The position numbers and the translations under genes were made by a program. The notes beneath the pieces are model-generated. The model worked only from the letters and a program-made list of their open reading frames with translations, searched no databases and had not been told where the DNA came from. Positions 59,616-64,000 of a DNA stretch of 64,000 bases are shown piece after piece (within the stretch, counting starts at the first letter, position 1; each line of letters opens with the position of its first letter). The DNA comes from the human T2T-CHM13v2.0 reference genome, Homo sapiens: NCBI RefSeq assembly GCF_009914755.1, contig NC_060927.1; one strand, given 5' to 3'.

Positions 59616-61551
59616 TAAAGATAAGAAAGGATAGTTAATGATTTTAATCTGTCTTTGACTGAATTTAGTGGTCGAATATTTGGTTTTGTATGTGTTTCAT
59701 CTTATTCTATTTGAAAATAGCATTCTTTTTGTATTTGGGATAACAGTAAACTCATTTATGTAGGGACATCTTTTTAGCTCAAATGTGAGATATTTCATTT
59801 TAGAGTTTTAAATTTTATTTGAAAAACAAAGTAGTGTTTGGATTTAAAATGGTTAATTGTCAAGTTTATCTTTCCCCACTTAAACATTTATTGAACCAAG
59901 TGCGAAATACCAGTTACTGGAAATGCACAGATCATTGAAACACTGTTCGTGTTCCCACTGAGCTTATAGTCTCACTCTGAAAGCAAACAGGAGCAGGTGC
60001 TATTCACTCTAATGAGTGCAGTGCCCAGGGTAATACAGGAACACAGAGAAGGAGCTTCTTCACTTTTAGATCTCTAAAGTGCTCTCAGGCTCTTTTAGAC
60101 TTTTATTCTATGTCAAGTAATATTTTCTTGTGGTTAAATTTGTAACATAACACAGTCATCACCAGCCAGTATTAACCACTGGTAACAAAGTATTTTTCTT
60201 GTTTAATATTTCTAGGCATAAATATATTTTTACTTTGCCTAGATTTATTTTTATAAGAATCCGTTTTAAAATATCCTGTTTTTAGTTATAAATTTTTTTT
60301 CATTTCTGCAAGAATTCTGTAAACAAACTTTTAAATGATTGCTTATATTGTTTATTTGAAAAATACTCCATAGTTTCCTTTGCCACATCTCTGTTGGGTA
60401 TCTGAATTTAGCTCTTAGGGTATAAATAAAATTTGAGCATGGTAATTTTTCATTGGGTTTCATTTAATTCATATATAATTTTGCCACTTGTTTAAACTTT
60501 TGAAGTTGAAACCAAAGAGACTGAATGATGGCAAAACGATTTTCTTTCTATTTTGAGAAAATTTATTTTGAATCCTCTCCTGAAACCCAATATTGACTTT
60601 TAGGTTATAAACTGCTTTATTTTTCTCAAAGGGATTTTAATATAAATTTAAAATAGTTAGCAGCAATGTTACTCTTCTATTCTGCATCTCCCAAAGGCAA
60701 GCCTATTTAATGACTAGGGAATTTAAAGTCTTGATTTTGTAATTGGTTAGCTTCTCATTTTAGTAGGAGAGAGAAACCTTCAGATTTCAGTATTTTAGGT
60801 TGTATTTAATAAACATTTCCTACCTTTTAAGTTTATAAATCAAATGAGTAACTGACTGAACAAAAAGGTCTACAGACAATGTATTCAGGCTATATTTCAG
60901 AAGGAAGTTGCTTCTAAGTTACATAAATGAAGACTTCATTAAAATAGTGTTTTCTTATATTTAAAATTGATATAGTTTTACTTGAGCTGAAACTTTAAAT
61001 ATTGTAGGTGATATTTTAATCCCAGCAAAGAATGAAATTATGTTCATAAATATCAGTATTATTGACGAAGAATGAGGTAGTTTACCAAATTATAAAAAAT
61101 AAGTGATTTATAATATGTAAAATGAGTGTTGTAGGTGGTAAATTCCTGCCCCAGGACCATGGAAATGTTTGCCTCCATTTGCTTATTTGAGGATCTGTTT
61201 TCTGTCATTGCAACTTTTCCCCAGAAACATCTGTACTTTCCCCCTCAAATGCTTTTATTCTTGTTCTAAGCATTAGTGTCAGTCTCTTCTATTTTTACCT
61301 TTTTTTTTTAACATGACTTTTGCATGTTTTTGACCTTGAGCTAGTAAATGAAGACATTCTTTGATGAATACTTAACATCAGAGTCAAGTAAGATAGGCAC
61401 CTGATGTGTAGAGTAGCCCCAACTTTTCTTTACAATGAAATTTAAAAAAAAACGGCAGTCTATTCTGAAGACTTAGTTATCAGTTGATGTGTATTAAAGT
61501 TTTAGATAGCATTAAGAATCTATATGTAAAAGTATGCTTTTTATTTCTTAG

Positions 61552-61749
<198 letters not shown>

Positions 61750-61929
61750 TAGGATATTCTCAGGTCCGCCTCTGAGTCAAGTCTGTAATACAACATATAT
61801 TCCTAGGAGTTGAGCTTCTATCCTTGTTCCCTCACCCTGTTTCTTTTTTCTTTGTTATAGTTTTGGCTATTTTCTAATCTATTCTTTTTGTATAAGTAAA
61901 GTGTATGTGTGTGTAGACACATTGTACCC

Positions 61930-62990
61930 ATTCCCCTTAGATTAATGATAGCATGCTTTATACAGTACACTTTTTTCCTACTTGCTTTTTTAACTTAACA
62001 TTGTATCTCAGAAATTACCTCAAGTATATAGAAATACTCCTTATTCATTTGCTATGGCTGTGTAGATATGCAATCATTTATTCAACTAAAATTCTATCGA
62101 GGGCATTTATGTTTTGTTCTTTTGCCATTAAAAGTAATGCTGTTATGGATAATGTTATGCATATGTTTGGTTTTTTTGCTAGTGTTATCTTTGGGATATA
62201 TTCTTATAGGTGAGATTTGGGATATATTCTTATAAGTGAGATTACTGGGTTGAGTGATAAATGCATAAATGTAGTTTTTCTATATTTGTCATTGTCAAAT
62301 TGCTCTCTGTAGGGGCAGTGACATGTTGCACCCCTGTCAGTAGTGTATGAATGAATGTTTCCCCATAGCACTGCCAGTAGAGGACTTTTGCCAATCTCCT
62401 ACATGAAAAATGGTATCTCAGTGTAGTTTTACATTTGGATTTCTCTCATTATGAGTAAAGTTTAACAGTTTTTCTTGTGTTTGTTTCTGTGAACTGTCTG
62501 CTCATATCTGAACCATTTTTTTCTATAAGTTATATTAACACTTTGTTATACAAGGTACAATTTTTTTTCTCACTTTGTTGATTGTCTTTTTATTTTGCTG
62601 CTGGTGTTTTGCTCCATGCAGAAACTATTGTACAATCAGATTTATCAGTCTTTCCCTATGATTTCTGGTTTTTCAGTTTTTTCCATTACCAGCTTATAAA
62701 GAAATTTCCTCATGTTTTCCTCTACTACTGAATGGTTTCTTTTTTAAGAATATTAAATCAGATTATTTTGTAGTTTATTCTGGTATGTGGTGTCAAGAAT
62801 AGATTAATTTTTGTCTTTTTTCAAATAATTATTCAGTTATCCTAGTATCATTTATTGAAAAGTTTGTCTATTTCCCACTGATTTGAGATGCTCCTTTTAT
62901 TGAACACTAAATTTCCACATGCTATTCAATTTTATTCTGTATTTTCTGTTATGTTCCATTGGCCTTTCTTCTGTTCATACATGTTTTGGG
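61930..62990 (-). mobile_element. Old L1ME remnant, antisense
   Basis: AAAATGGTATCTCAGTGTAGTTTTACATTTGGATTTCTCTCATTATGAGT, CATTTATTGAAAAG antisense-L1 tracts. Confidence 0.7.
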
Positions 62991-63497
62991 GACATTTAGA
63001 ATAATTGAAAATATCAAGATTCTTCTGAGCTTTCTTTATATCAAGATTCTTCTGAGCTTTCCTTAATGCCACTTGTCAGTAGATATTGCTGCTTCAACTT
63101 CTAATACTCATGTTTTTGGTGATTTGAAAAATATTTATATTCACTGAATTAAATCATCATGCCTTGGAAACTTGGTAAACATTACTAGCAAAATATGTTT
63201 TCATATAGTCAGTTGTCATATAATTTGATGCTTGAGTTGTCTCTAGACAAATTTACTAATTAATCTATACTTAGGGGTTCTTTTCTAGTTCTGCAAATTG
63301 CCGGTAGAGGAGCAAAGCCTCTCTTGGTTTCATTAATTAATACTTAATATCTTCTAAAGATTAGACGTTATTACTTGTTAGGACTGCTTAACCTGGGAAG
63401 GGAGGGTTTTCGTCCATATTATTCCTTGATGAATTTAGCCTTGTGTACATTAACAATTTTTGTATTGTGTAATATTAATATTTTCATGTGTATTTAG

Positions 63498-63635
<138 letters not shown>

Positions 63636-64000
63636 TAATAAAGCATAACTGTATTACAGTTTTTGAGCGAGCCCCATCTTGGTTGAATGACTGCAGGTAG
63701 ATAATTATGAAAGGAAGTTTGGTTGCTTTTGAATTTTACATTTTCTATCAGCACCCTCTAGTGGTTATTATTAATTAGCAAGATAAATGGCCAAGTGTCA
63801 ATTAATGAGATGCTGAAGACAGATAGCTTTTAAACATATTTAGTTCCTTTCAAGTTTTAAGACAGCAGAGCACTTGTCACAAATTTTAATATGTGTCATA
63901 GTTTTGCTATGAAATGATTAAATTAGCATTATTGAGGTGATATTTGAATTTAATTTCATATTTGTTAATAGTGATACATCTTAATACTAAAAGCATTTTA

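Overview
Vertebrate, primate-type genomic DNA (about 25 Alu elements, L1, MaLR/ERV LTRs, two CpG islands). I recognise it as the human PAQR9 - U2SURP locus. The left part holds the intronless PAQR9 coding sequence (9445-10578, minus strand) with its CpG-island promoter and an Alu-free, AU-rich downstream region that looks like a long, alternatively polyadenylated 3' UTR. That region contains a small antisense RPS15 retrocopy. The middle ~36 kb is repeat-rich intergenic or lncRNA territory. The right part holds the CpG-island promoter and first five coding exons of U2SURP (SR140, plus strand); the gene runs off the window end. I found no CRISPR array, rRNA, tRNA or demonstrably new multi-gene system. 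The most interesting leads are: a predicted 359-nt 5' intron giving a 430-aa N-terminally extended PAQR9; a 32-bp-stem hairpin inside a Charlie1-like fossil in U2SURP intron 2; the doubly deleted RPS15 retrocopy; and an L1PA fragment abutting a truncated MADE1 with no target-site duplication. Repeat subfamily names come from memory of consensus sequences and repeat boundaries are approximate; no searches were run.
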